A DNA stretch of 64,000 nt from a virus (lineage: Duplodnaviria > Caudoviricetes): positions 33,488-97,487 of IMG/VR virus record IMGVR_UViG_3300021256_000077; one strand, written 5' to 3'. Positions 52,684 through 64,000 of this stretch are shown piece by piece. A program made the translations under genes and the position numbers. Under the pieces are notes generated by a model, which ran no database searches, had not been told where the DNA came from, and saw only the letters and a list, made by a program, of their open reading frames with translations. The stretch's first letter is position 1. Each line of letters opens with the position of its first letter.

Positions 52684-55600
52684 ATGGCAGACCTTAAAGA
52701 AGTGATAAATGAGCTTCGGTATTGTATAGATGTGGCTGATCAGTACGACTTTATAGAAGAAACCGTCCGAGTGCCAGTACTGCGAGGAGCACTTGAACTG
52801 TTGGAAGATAAGAAGCCGTGGACTCCTACATTCAACTGCGGTAAAGCATACTGCGGTAAATGCTCACAGAGAATTCCCAAGAAGCATGTCATGAAATCAC
52901 ATTACTGTAGCAACTGCGGGTGTGCGATTGACTGGCCAGATCCCGACTGGGGCATTGGACGCTATGCGTGAGGTGCGGATATGAACCCGATGAAGAATAA
53001 AAAGATGTACAAATCAGTACTGACCAACGGTGATATTACAATCGACATCGAGTGCAGCCGTTTCTCTTGCGGCATCAACCTTCCGGCGGGAGTAGCCTAT
53101 ACAGTTCTTGACGGCATAGAATATCTGGACGGCAAGCAGGCCTGGATTGAAATCAGAGAGGACAAAAACGGATATGACTGACATAGAGAAAGTGATGCTC
53201 GGACTTCAGCTTCACGCGCTAGCCTTCTGGGATGATGACCGTTGCTGCCCATACTTCGGAAGCGATAAATGTACCTCACAGTTATGTAACGATGCGTTGG
53301 AACTGCTTAAAGAACAACAGTCAGAAATCGAACGCTTGGAACATGATCTCGCCGTGACACAGGACAACCTGAATTACTACGTCAATGGTAATGCTTAAGA
53401 CAGGGAGGCTGTGAAGCTAGATGACCGACACGGAGAAGCTTATAAGAGCACTTGAGCGTGCCAAACAACAATCGGCGGACAATGGCATTGACCGCATTAT
53501 CGTTCCATTCAAGGAAACGGATATGATTTTGGAATTGCTAAAAGAGAAGGAAACAAAGGATCAATGCCTTAAAACAAAGTGCACAATATGTCCGCATTGT
53601 GATAATTGCGATGTCGATGAAAACGGGAATGTGCGAAATTGTATAAATGAAATGTGCGAAATTGGATAAATGAAATCCGAAGGAAGGGCAGCAAAATGGA
53701 GATAAACGACTTAGAAGGGCTATGGCTTGGTATCTGCATGATCGCATTCGTTGTTGTTGCCACTGTTACGGTATTGTTTGCAGTCACATGGGAAAAGATT
53801 GATCTGATTTATGACATTGTGAGGAAAAAGAGATTGGACGGTGACAACCATGATTGACCGGGAGAAGGTTATTAAAGGACTAGAGTGTTGCAGAGAAATG
53901 GACGGTCATGCATGCCAAAAATGTCCTTATGTCAGTGACTGTAATAATATGTCTGCCGGAATTCCGCATCTCGCTTCCGATGCTCTGGAACTGCTGAAAG
54001 AACAGGAACCCGGGAAAGTGTTTCATGCGAAAGATCGCAGTATAAATGAGACTTACGGTAAAACAGGATTCTGCCCGCGATGCAATCAGCTAGTAGTATG
54101 GGGAGTCAATAGACGCTATTGCGGATTCTGTGGGAAGGGGCTGATATGGGATGCCCGACCGGAAGACAGTTATCGAAGGACTGGAAAAATGTAAACGCTG
54201 CGAGTGTGACGATTGCACAGAAATAGGCGCATCTCACACTCCGTGGGATTGTCCTGCGTACGATAATTTTGTCGAGAATGCCATTACCCTGTTGAAAGAA
54301 CGGGAAGCGAATAAGCCGAAAATTGGACATTGGATTTTTGAAAGTCAGTATTACGAAGCGTGGTCGCACACTTGCAGCGAATGCGGTAAACGCACGACAA
54401 CAAAGGTAAATGAGTTTGCAAATTGGTGCTGGAACTGTGGAGCAAAGATGGGCGGTGAAGCGGAATGACTGACCTGGAGAAGGTACGAAAAGGACTGGAT
54501 TTGTGTCTTAGCGGAGAATCTTCTGTGTGTAATGACTGTCCGTATGATGCTGAATGTAAAGAGGCAACAGGTATAGGCCCATCTCCGTTACGTCGTGATG
54601 CTCTTGAGTTGCTGAAGGAGCAGGAGCCTGTGAAGCCAATCAGATTAGAAAACTGGTGGGAATGTCCATCTTGCGGTGGAAACATAGTTGCTAACATGAA
54701 GTATTGTCCGGGATGTGGAAGGTCGGTGAAGTGGAATGAGTGACATGGAAAGTGTTGTGCAAGCACTGAAAGAATCGTTAAGGAATCAATATTGTGGATT
54801 TATTGACGATGTTGGTGATGTGTATGCAGTTTCTGAAGAAACAATAAAAGATACTCTTGAACTGTTGAAATGGCAAGCAGGAACAATAAAAGGTTTGGAA
54901 CAAGCGCTAAAGGAAACACTTGAAGTTGTTTCCGAACAGAAAAACGTTGTCCAATGTGGAGAATGCAGATATTACAGCAATGGGTTTTGTTACAATCCCA
55001 ACACTTATGATGATGTAATAACGTGCGGAAATACCTCGCCGGATTGGTCCTGCGCAGATGGGAAAAGGCGGTGAGGCAAAATGATAGTTTTTGAATTAAC
55101 AATGCCACATTGTGGTTCGTGGAATGGAAAATGGTCGCAAGCAGATAAGTTGCATATTCGAACGAAAGACGAAAGGAAAGTTCCAAAGGAGTGTTGGGGA
55201 AAGGACTATTTCTATAGTTGGGATGATGGCTGGACGGCTTGCGTTTCAGTAACACGAATGAGTGCGAACGAAGCCAGAAAGCTTGAAAGAAAAACGGACG
55301 GTTTTTGCGGATACGATTGGATGATTAGAAGCATTTGCGAAAAAGGTTTTATCGAGCCGGAAAGGCGGTGAGTGGATGGCAAGATTGCCTGCCGGATGGA
55401 TATTTATCCCCAAATATAAAGACCCGATCACAATCACCGTGGAGCAAAGGGAACTTGTGTGCTGTGAGAATTGTATACACGGTTGTGATTGGGATTACGG
55501 AAGATGGAAGTGCATCAAAAACGGCGGGATGCACGCACCTGATTGGTTCTGTGCTGACGGAGAGGCAGTGAAATGAAATGAAAGAGATCATCATAGAAGT

Positions 55601-58600
55601 GCCTGACAGATTTGGACGAGAGCTGAAACCTGAGAAGGTAAACAGTGAAATCAAAGGGGAACTTGTCCGATGCGAAAAATGCATCTATGGAGACGACTTT
55701 GATTGTCCCGCTCCACTTCCAACCGGATACCTTTGTCAAAAAGGACACGGATCACACACTGGTGATTGGTACTGCGCAGATGGTGAAAGGCGAGAAATAA
55801 ATGATTGAAGAAATGTACTACGATGCGTTCGAAAACACCTATGTCCTGGAGCTAGATTTAAACGCGCCGCCAGAACGGTACACACCCTTGTTCAGGGGAA
55901 TAAATGGCATGTGGATTGAATCATGGACGGTCAATAACGATAGTAGTTTGCGCATGGACATCGCCTTCACCGAGGATCAGTATTATGACGATTACTGGCA
56001 CAACGCCATTGTCCAAGACATGTGCGAGAAAAACCACTGTACATTGTCCCAGCTCAAATACGTTGTCATGCCGGAACACGAGTTTGATGAATGTGTCGCC
56101 AAAAGGATTGATGCGGAATGAGACAGATAGATGCAGATGCGCTGTGGAACAATATGGAAGCAGCGGATTGGTACAATAACGCTGACCGCGACGAAATTGC
56201 CGAGAAACTTGTTTTGGAAGCTCCTACTGTTGGCGAATGGATCAGTGTTAAGGATCATCTTCCTCCGAGCGAGAAACATGTACTGGCTAAGACAGACAAG
56301 TATGAATGCGTAGCTTTCTACGCCGAAAGATTCTCTGTTTCAGTAGGATACTATACTGACGATGAAATTAACTGTGAATACAACGAAGACTTGGATGAAT
56401 ACTTCCTGATCGAAGGTTGGTACGAGGTTGTCCATAACTGGGAAGATTACTCAAGTGTCACGATTGAGGACGAAGTAATTGGCTGGATGGATTTGCCGGA
56501 GAGGTAGAAGGAGTAAGTATGATTAGATGGGATTACTCGCTTAACTGGAAATATATCGTCGACAAAATGGAAGAGAAGTTTGGACTTAAACCAGACTCTA
56601 CAGAGAAGCTTTCGATGGGCGATATCCAGAGGAAGATCGAAAAGATCTGGGTAGAATATGTAGATATTCTAGATGAGAAATACGCAGAAGCTGAGATTGT
56701 AGATTCTCTGAACAAGGAGATGGCGTGATGAGTTCGCCGTTAACAGCAGACGAAGTTGATAAGCTTGCTAGAAAATATCTCTGGCAAGCTTTTTGGTTGG
56801 AGAGAAAAACCGGGGAGCTGGAAGTCATCTGCATGGACATGATCGGCTATGCCAGTCGAGGAAAGATTCTGGTGTACAAAAAGACTGACCCGCATTTGAA
56901 TAGCATGAGCATGGAGTACTTCTATGACCCGTTCGTTGACTACGATAAAGACTGGCGACTGTGGGACAACGAACCGACCGAAGAAGAAAGGAAGTCTGCG
57001 GAATGGAAGACAGCATAAAGAGGTGTCCGTTATGTGGCGGCAACGCGGCTATAAGTTTCTGGCTAGAAGAAGATTTTGACAGCTACGCAGCCGGAAGAAT
57101 TCGATGTTCTGAATGCTTCGTAACACTAGAGTGTCGGTTGAAGATTCAGTTCAACACGAATAAGAATCCAGGCGAAACTTTTATGAATCTTGAGAAGAAA
57201 CTGAAAAACACTTGGAATAGCCGCGTGGAAGGAGATTGATCATGATGGCTGAGAAAACAGTAATCCCGCATCGTAACTACAAGTACCTGTCCGACTACTG
57301 GTGTGAGTGTGGATGGCATCTCGGGAAGAAAGGCTCAGTAAAATACTGCGCCGACTGCGGAAGGAGGATTGATTGGGATGGCTGCCTGTGAAAGAGATGA
57401 ACTCGATGAATTCATGACCGCTCTGGAGAATGCGGGCATCCTTTCCGGCTGGTCAAAGTTTATGGGCAGAACAGAGGAGATAACGTGCAGAGACTGTCTT
57501 CTGAATCGTAACTGTCCTTGCGGATACTCTGCCGGGAACGCTGCTTGTCTGACGGTAAGACAGCAATACGCCACGACCGCGATGAACAACGCGCTATACA
57601 GAAAAATTATGGAAGAACAGGACGCTTACCAAGACGAGATGGATGGTATCGCCGAGCAATACGAAATGGAGTGTTCGCAGTGATAGTTAAATATGAGCCA
57701 AACAAGATCACCGCGACTTTGAGAGCTGTTGTAGCCGGAGAGTTTCACGACGGTGCTACGGGAGAAACAGTTCGCCGCTGTGTGGAGCAGCTCTTAAGTG
57801 CCGGGTTCGATGTTAACGTAAAACTAAAGTATTACACCATGGACCGCATTTCGATAGAAGAAACAAAGATCACAGCAGCTTTGTGGTTAAGAGTTACTGG
57901 AGAGTTTTACGACGACGAAGCATCAGAAGAAACACTTCGCTACTGTGTTGAGCAGGACCTGGAAGACGCTGGGTTTTACGCTGATGTAAGCGTGATGAGG
58001 AATGGAAAATGAGCTACAAGTAACGGAAACCGAAATGGTGTCCGCTGAAGAAAAAGGAGGAAGCCGCAAATGACAGGGCAGAAACTGATTAATTGGATCG
58101 TAGAGCACAACGCACAGGATATGCAGTGCGTAGTTCAATACCGTGATGGCGGTGGCCTTTACTCTGGAGGCGACATACCAGAGTTCCCGATACTCGCTTC
58201 ATATAAAGGCTGCGACATCCCGTATGATGACGATGTAAAGATCAATTACGATACGGACGAACCGAACTGCTTCGTTCTTTGAGGAGTGGTGCTTATGACT
58301 TGTGCTAACTGCCCGTACTGCGTTCAATACTTGCAGGATGCGCAGGGCATTCCGTGCATCGCCTGCCTCAAAATGCCGAGCAACAATCCTGCCGGGTGCG
58401 GATATATGATCATCGACATTGCAGATTACACGCAAGGCAGAGCATGGTTCTGTCCGCTGAAGGAATAGGAGGATCATCATGAGACCAATCGATTGTGATG
58501 CTTTGGTAAAATTCCTGCGAGATATGGCCGAGTGCGATTCATGTCACAACTACAATGGAATAAAGTGTAGAGCATGCCTGTGGGATGACGTGATTACTGC

Positions 58601-60238
58601 CGTAGATGACTTCGGTGACAATCATCCGATGACCTTTGGACACTGGAGACAAGAACATGGATATGCAACAGCGGGAGGCGATCCCGTTTTTGTTTGCGGC
58701 TCATGCGGTGGATCGCTTCATGTGTATGGAGTAGAACATCCAATCGGACATCGTGCCACGAACAGCGACGGCGAATATAAAGAAAGCCTGTACACCACAA
58801 GAGAAGCAGCTCAGAAGAAGGCAGACATCCTGAACCTTTTCGAACACAATGACTCGTGGACGTGGAAGGTTGATGAGAAGGAAGTAGTCCAGGAATCCGT
58901 AGAGCCACTCTGGTTTTACGGAAGTTACTACCCTCTTTCCGGCGAGTTATTTGTGCTGGAAGGCTGTGCTTACGAAGACCTGCCAGAAAAGCGCAGAATG
59001 CATAGAGATGTGATTTTGAACGGGACGACATACGATTTCGCCATGCCGTACGACGAATCGATCAAAGACTGGAACAGCCTGGTTGCCTATGTTCGCGATA
59101 GGTACAAACTAATAAAGGAAGTAAAGGAGTAGAAAGACAATGGGAAGTAATAGCTGGAGAGACAGCCCGATTACAGACAAGCAGTTGGCATACATCAGGC
59201 AGATGCAGCTCGATGCCGACATGAACGGTGCAATTCCCCTGCCCCCTTTCAGAGGTGATACGAAAGGCGCGGCATGCGATTACATCAACGAGAATAAGGG
59301 TAAACAGTTTGCGGCGTTTGACTTTTATGGCCACGGCGACAACTACGGAGACAGGGTGTGAATATGGATAAGTGGATGGAGCTTAAGGAAACCATACAGG
59401 AACTGCACGACAACAATTCCGATAAGCCGGATGTTGAGAACGTCACGCGCTTCCTGCTGAACTTGATGAATGTCAAGGAGGTAAACGAAGAAAAGCCGCA
59501 GAATGTCGACATAAGAAACTGTATTAGCCTCTGGTGCGACGACATCACATTCTGCCATGTAAACTGCGACTGGATGGACTGCCCGCGAAACTACAAAAAC
59601 ATCCGGGATAAGACGATCCCCCACTCTTACTTCATTGGCATCCCAGACGACTGCCCAAAGAAACTGGAGGAATAAAATGAGTTATGACATTCGATTTGCC
59701 GTGAAGGTTGCCGGGACAGATAAAGACATCTATGCGGTGATCGGCCATCCCGAGTACGACAGTCCGACCTACAATCTCCGTCAAATTTTCGTCAAGTGTA
59801 TGGACTGGGATTACGATCAGGGTGAGTGGTACAGGATGGATGAGGTCATTCCGAAGATTGAGCACGGCGTTCATGAACTGGCATTCCACGAAAAGAAATA
59901 TAAGCCACTTGAGCCGAAGAACGGATGGGGTCAGGTTTCGTCGGCGATGATGTGCTTGCAGTCGATACTGGACTGGTTCAAGGACCCCTGGAATCGCGGA
60001 TGGAATGAAGACATACCGATTGAATGCATATACATGGCGTGGTGATCAGCCGTCATCAAAGATGTGTTCAAAATCAAGGAGGAGGCAGTTGCTTATGAAG
60101 ATTTCAAAAGACGAATGTGACAAAGATTTTGCTGAAAAGAAATTGGAATTGTCGGAAGAAAAATGCGGACAATGCGAGTACTTATACTTGTGCCCATATA
60201 TGGCCAGAGCGATGGAAGAAGTTGTAGAAGGAGACTGA
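52684..60238 (+). other. Array of small, partly paralogous Cys-rich hypothetical CDSs
   Basis: Recurring modules DxEKVxxGLExC, ALELLKEQ, C-terminal YCxxCG and DWxCADGE. Confidence 0.7.
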
Positions 60239-60242
60239 GATC

Positions 60243-61109
60243 ATGATTGACATTTTTAAGATTGACTATGCGATTACACATTCCACGAATTTCCATGCGG
60301 ATGATGTGTTCGGGGTTGCCCTCCTGCAAATCATACGCGAAGATCTTCCCATAGTCCGCACAATCAACCCCACGCCTGAACAGCTCGATGACCTTAAAAA
60401 TCATCGAGCTTTTGTTTTTGACCTCGGCTGCCAGTTTGGGTTTCCCGAGTACGACCATCATCAGCCAGATAAAGCTCTTCGGCCAGATGGCAATCCTTAT
60501 TGCGGCTTCGGATTATTGTGGCGTGACTTCGGCCACATCGTATGCCCTACCCAGAAAGCGTGGGAGAAGGTTGATCGTGACCTCATCCTCCCCATTGACC
60601 TCGCTGACAACGGCGTTGAACCTTCTACCCTTTCATCCGCAATCAAGGCGTTCAACCCGACGTGGGACGAAAAGTGGGAGGACGAGGATTCTGCTTTCTG
60701 GAATGCCGAGATATTTGCAGAGCGTGTTCTCCGGTATTACATCAGAAACGCCAACTCCGCAGAAAAGGCTGCCGACCTCGTCCGCAATAGCCGCAAAGAA
60801 GATCAGGGACGTATCCTTGTTCTCGAGCAGTTCCTTCCATGGCAGGACACGGTGGTGGAAGAAATGCCCGAGATCATGTTCGTTGTCTATCCCTCGAAGC
60901 GCGGTGGCTACTGCACGCAGACGGTTCCCAATTATCCCGGCTCGTTCCGTGGCAGAATGGAATTCCCTACCCGTTGGCTCGGCCACCCGGATGCCAGCCT
61001 CGGCATGACCTTCTGCCACCCCAATAACTTCCTGTGCAATTCCAAGACGCAGGAGAACGCAATCAATGTTGCCTCCATCGCAATCAAAGAATGGAAAGGA
61101 GCGGAGTGA
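60243..61109 (+). CDS. MYG1 / UPF0160-family (DHH-like) nuclease
   Basis: THSTNFHADD, YDHHQ, GLLW, IDLADNG, FCHPNNF. Confidence 0.88.
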   Translation: MIDIFKIDYAITHSTNFHADDVFGVALLQIIREDLPIVRTINPTPEQLDDLKNHRAFVFDLGCQFGFPEYDHHQPDKALRPDGNPYCGFGLLWRDFGHIVCPTQKAWEKVDRDLILPIDLADNGVEPSTLSSAIKAFNPTWDEKWEDEDSAFWNAEIFAERVLRYYIRNANSAEKAADLVRNSRKEDQGRILVLEQFLPWQDTVVEEMPEIMFVVYPSKRGGYCTQTVPNYPGSFRGRMEFPTRWLGHPDASLGMTFCHPNNFLCNSKTQENAINVASIAIKEWKGAE

Positions 61110-61811
61110 TATGACCTGCAGCTGTTACGCCACGCTTGTCAGGGAAAAGGGATACTGCTCTGACCGGAACTCAACATGCAGCGGTAATTGCCCCAACTGC
61201 CCACATTATATTGCGGTTGGGTGGACGTGGAGGTGTGGTCGCAAATGACGATCGAAAAAGCTTTGGATGCATGGAAGCAGATGCTCTCGGAGATTGACGA
61301 AGAGAACTGGCTGTTCGTTGGTACGATAAACCCGGAGATGGTACAGATTGCCATCGACGCTATTCAAAAGGAGATCGACCGCAATGACAGGGCGTGAACT
61401 GATCAAGTGGATACTGGATAACCATGCCGAGTACTGCATGATAGAAGTCCAGTACCGTGACAAAGACAGGGTCTACGAAGGTACTGATAAGGATCCGTTG
61501 CTCATCACCACTTCCCCCGGGCAGGATGAGTACGGATGGTACAACCGAGTGATTCTTTGAAAGGTGCGAATAAAATGAATTGGATTAAAGTGTATATCCC
61601 GAAAGATCCCGATCCCTGGTACTTGAACACCGACCTGATCACGGACTTCTGCTATAATAGCGAAACAAACAAGACCACAATTTGCTTTGTGGGTGAAGAG
61701 GGCGATGGAAGACAATTCGACGGTGACCTTACACGCCTGCTCTGGAATGAGATAACACGGGCCTGTTTCGATTGACTGGCAAACGTGATATAATCCAGTC
61801 GGAGGTGTACC

Positions 61812-62744
61812 ATGTTAACAAGTATCGAAATATGTGCTGGAGCCGGCGGCCAGGCACTTGGGCTTTCGCAGGCGGGATTCGAGCATGTAGCCCTTGTAGA
61901 ATTCGAGGAAGATTATTGCAAAACACTTCGTACCAATCGCCCTGACTGGAATGTAATCTGTGGCGATGTCCGTAAATTCGACGGATGGCCATACAGATTC
62001 AAGATAGATTTACTGGCAGGGGGCGTCCCCTGCCCTCCTTTTTCAATTGCAGGAAAACAGCTTGGAGCTGACGATGAGCGCGACTTGTTTCCAGAAATGC
62101 TCAGACTCGTTGAAGAGATAGCACCACGCGCCGTTATGATTGAGAATGTTCGTGGTTTTCTCGACCCTGCCTTTGCCGAATACCGTGCCCACATTTTCGA
62201 GCGGCTTGATCACCTCGGATATAACGCACAGATCAAACTTTTGCAGGCATCTGACTATGGCGTTCCACAACTGCGGCCAAGGATTGTCATAGTCGGTATT
62301 CGTAAAGATATCAGGAAGACGTTCGAATATCCTGATCCACACCCGGAAGACACCCCTACTGTTGGAGAAACGCTCAGCGATCTAATGTCTGCTGCTGGAT
62401 GGAAGGGCGTAAAAGATTGGAAAGAGACCGCAAATAAAATCGCCCCGACCATTGTTGGTGGTTCTAAAAAACATGGCGGCCCCGACCTCGGCCCCGTTCG
62501 TGCGCGTAAAGCATGGGCTGAACTCGGCGTGGACGGCAATGGCGTGGCCAACGAACCACCCGCTTCCGATTTTGAAGGCATGCCAAAGCTCACGCCAAGG
62601 ATGATTGCCCGTATACAGGGTTTCCCCGACGACTGGGATTTTGGTCCGAAGAAAACAGCTGCATGCAGGATGATCGGCAACGCATTTCCTCCCCCGGTCG
62701 CAAAAGCTGTCGGAGAAAAGATAAAGGAGATTCTTGAATCATGA
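61812..62744 (+). CDS. C5 DNA methyltransferase of an NgoMIV-like R-M pair
   Basis: CAGAGG, GGVPCPPFS, ENV, QLRPR, APTIVGGSKKHGGPDLGP, IGNAFPP; preceded by TGaTATAAT at 61786-61794. Confidence 0.92.
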   Translation: MLTSIEICAGAGGQALGLSQAGFEHVALVEFEEDYCKTLRTNRPDWNVICGDVRKFDGWPYRFKIDLLAGGVPCPPFSIAGKQLGADDERDLFPEMLRLVEEIAPRAVMIENVRGFLDPAFAEYRAHIFERLDHLGYNAQIKLLQASDYGVPQLRPRIVIVGIRKDIRKTFEYPDPHPEDTPTVGETLSDLMSAAGWKGVKDWKETANKIAPTIVGGSKKHGGPDLGPVRARKAWAELGVDGNGVANEPPASDFEGMPKLTPRMIARIQGFPDDWDFGPKKTAACRMIGNAFPPPVAKAVGEKIKEILES

Positions 62745-63598
62745 ATGCCATCATCTCCGATGAACGAAAACGCTATCATCAAAAGCTTGTAAGCGAAAAG
62801 GTTTTTACCATTGATAAGTCTGGCATCCCAAGTAATGCCGACCGAGCAAGCCGTCTTTCCTGTTCGATCGGCAAATACATTGCCAATAGACTTCATGCAT
62901 CCGTCAGTGATAAAAGCGTAGGCCAGACTATGGGATCTAAATTCGAACAGATCACGATGGAATTTCTGCGTGACACATTTCTCAAAATTGATCTGCCTTT
63001 CCCGTCATCATGGCATATTATCCGGCTCGGTAATAACAATCCCATTAAGATCAGTGACTTCGCCCAGTATGAACACCTTGACTATCTTGCCACCCTCATG
63101 GCCAGAACACCTGAACTTGCCACGACCCTCGGCATGGAATACACGGTCAACCCCGACATTGTCATATACCGGGATCCTGTTCCTGATACCGACATGAACC
63201 GCGTGCAATTAATCGTGGATGACCAGTCCGCATTCTTTGCAGACCTGAGGGAACGTGATGGTCACCTTCCCCTTCTTCATGCTTCCATTTCCACCAAGTG
63301 GACGATGCGAAGCGACAGGGCACAGAACAGCCGCACGGAGGCTCTGAATCTGATACGCAACAGGAAAGGTCATCTGCCACATATCGTTGCCGTAACCGGG
63401 GAGCCGATGCCCGGAAGGATAGCTTCCATTGCCATGGGTACGGGCGACATTGACTGCGTATATCACTTCGCCCTGTATGAGTTGGTAGAAGCTGTCCATC
63501 AAATCAATGCCGAGGATTCGATAGAAATGCTAGACAACCTGATCCAGGGAAAACGTCTCAAAGATATCAGCGACCTCTCCATTGATCTTTTGTCCTGA
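62741..63598 (+). CDS. NgoMIV-family type II restriction endonuclease
   Basis: PSNAD, AQYEHL, PDIV, LHASISTKWTMRSDRAQNSRTEALNLIRNRKGHLPH, GTGDIDCVYH; ATGA-coupled to the MTase. Confidence 0.9.
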   Translation: MNAIISDERKRYHQKLVSEKVFTIDKSGIPSNADRASRLSCSIGKYIANRLHASVSDKSVGQTMGSKFEQITMEFLRDTFLKIDLPFPSSWHIIRLGNNNPIKISDFAQYEHLDYLATLMARTPELATTLGMEYTVNPDIVIYRDPVPDTDMNRVQLIVDDQSAFFADLRERDGHLPLLHASISTKWTMRSDRAQNSRTEALNLIRNRKGHLPHIVAVTGEPMPGRIASIAMGTGDIDCVYHFALYELVEAVHQINAEDSIEMLDNLIQGKRLKDISDLSIDLLS

Positions 63599-63789
63599 AC
63601 TCACCACTCAGTGGGCGTTATTTGCCTCAATTTCGCGTTCCAGCCCCAAAGTGGGATAAATACCAGTCCAAAACCAGAAGCCCGTTTTTGGGCCAAAAAC
63701 CATGCACAAATAGGATGCTGCAGAAATGCAGCATTTTTTGTTTGCAATCTTCCCGACTATGGGCTACACTATAGCCGGGTCTTGAAAGG

Positions 63790-63999
63790 ATGTTGCGTTT
63801 GGAAATAGAAGAAGTTCGCTCCGTCATGGAAGAGACCCTGCAAAAGTACCTTGACAACTTTATATCAATTATTCCATCACCTCCTGACGGTAAGGAGGAT
63901 AACGATACAACGATGAATAGAGCATGGGTTAACATTGGATCAAAAGAACACCCGGTCATGAAACATCTGAGTGGCAAGACTCAGGACGAACTGAATGAC
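63790..63999 (+). CDS. Partial CDS, possibly the N-terminus of an integrase
   Basis: Open to the window end; ...KHLSGKTQDELND resembles arm-binding GKT..E segments. Confidence 0.3.
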   Translation, partial: MLRLEIEEVRSVMEETLQKYLDNFISIIPSPPDGKEDNDTTMNRAWVNIGSKEHPVMKHLSGKTQDELND

Positions 64000-64000
64000 A

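Noticed and set aside
52684-56507. Diversity-generating retroelement behind the paralog array
   Set aside because: No reverse transcriptase in the window and no near-identical nucleotide repeat pair differing at adenines.
1-64000. TGA recoding or selenocysteine
   Set aside because: TGA is a frequent genuine stop, often in ATGA overlaps; no in-frame TGA seen in conserved genes.

Overview
The whole window is part of a large dsDNA phage or prophage. The host is probably an anaerobic Firmicute (Clostridia-like), inferred from GGAGG RBSs, sigmaA-type promoters and class III RNR; no host housekeeping genes are visible. Layout: (i) 1-8.1 kb, a minus-strand block with a probable packaging-associated gene, tRNA and tRNA-like RNAs, a DUF2828/TROVE-like gene, a metallophosphoesterase and a sigma-r4 HTH gene; (ii) 8.2-9.6 kb, an AT-rich repeated divergence point followed by a structured leader; (iii) 9.6-24 kb, an early/anti-host region (GP88-like, two C5-MTases, ArdC, orphan MazF, antirepressor); (iv) a LexA/CI-like repressor and a tyrosine recombinase; (v) replication and nucleotide metabolism genes (AAA ATPase, SSB, sigma factor, primase-helicase, PD-(D/E)XK nuclease, DnaE, dUTPase, nrdD split by two group I introns, nrdG, RuvC-like, thyX, RNA ligase, tmk); (vi) many small paralogous ORFs, MYG1 and an intact NgoMIV-like R-M pair. 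Main finding: the phage appears to read the amber codon TAG as leucine. I find 11 in-frame TAGs in 7 otherwise intact, tightly packed genes that the supplied ORF track splits, truncates or misses, mostly at positions where Leu fits. The window also encodes a CUA-anticodon tRNA with tRNA-Leu structural hallmarks. All family assignments come from motif recognition by eye, not database searches.
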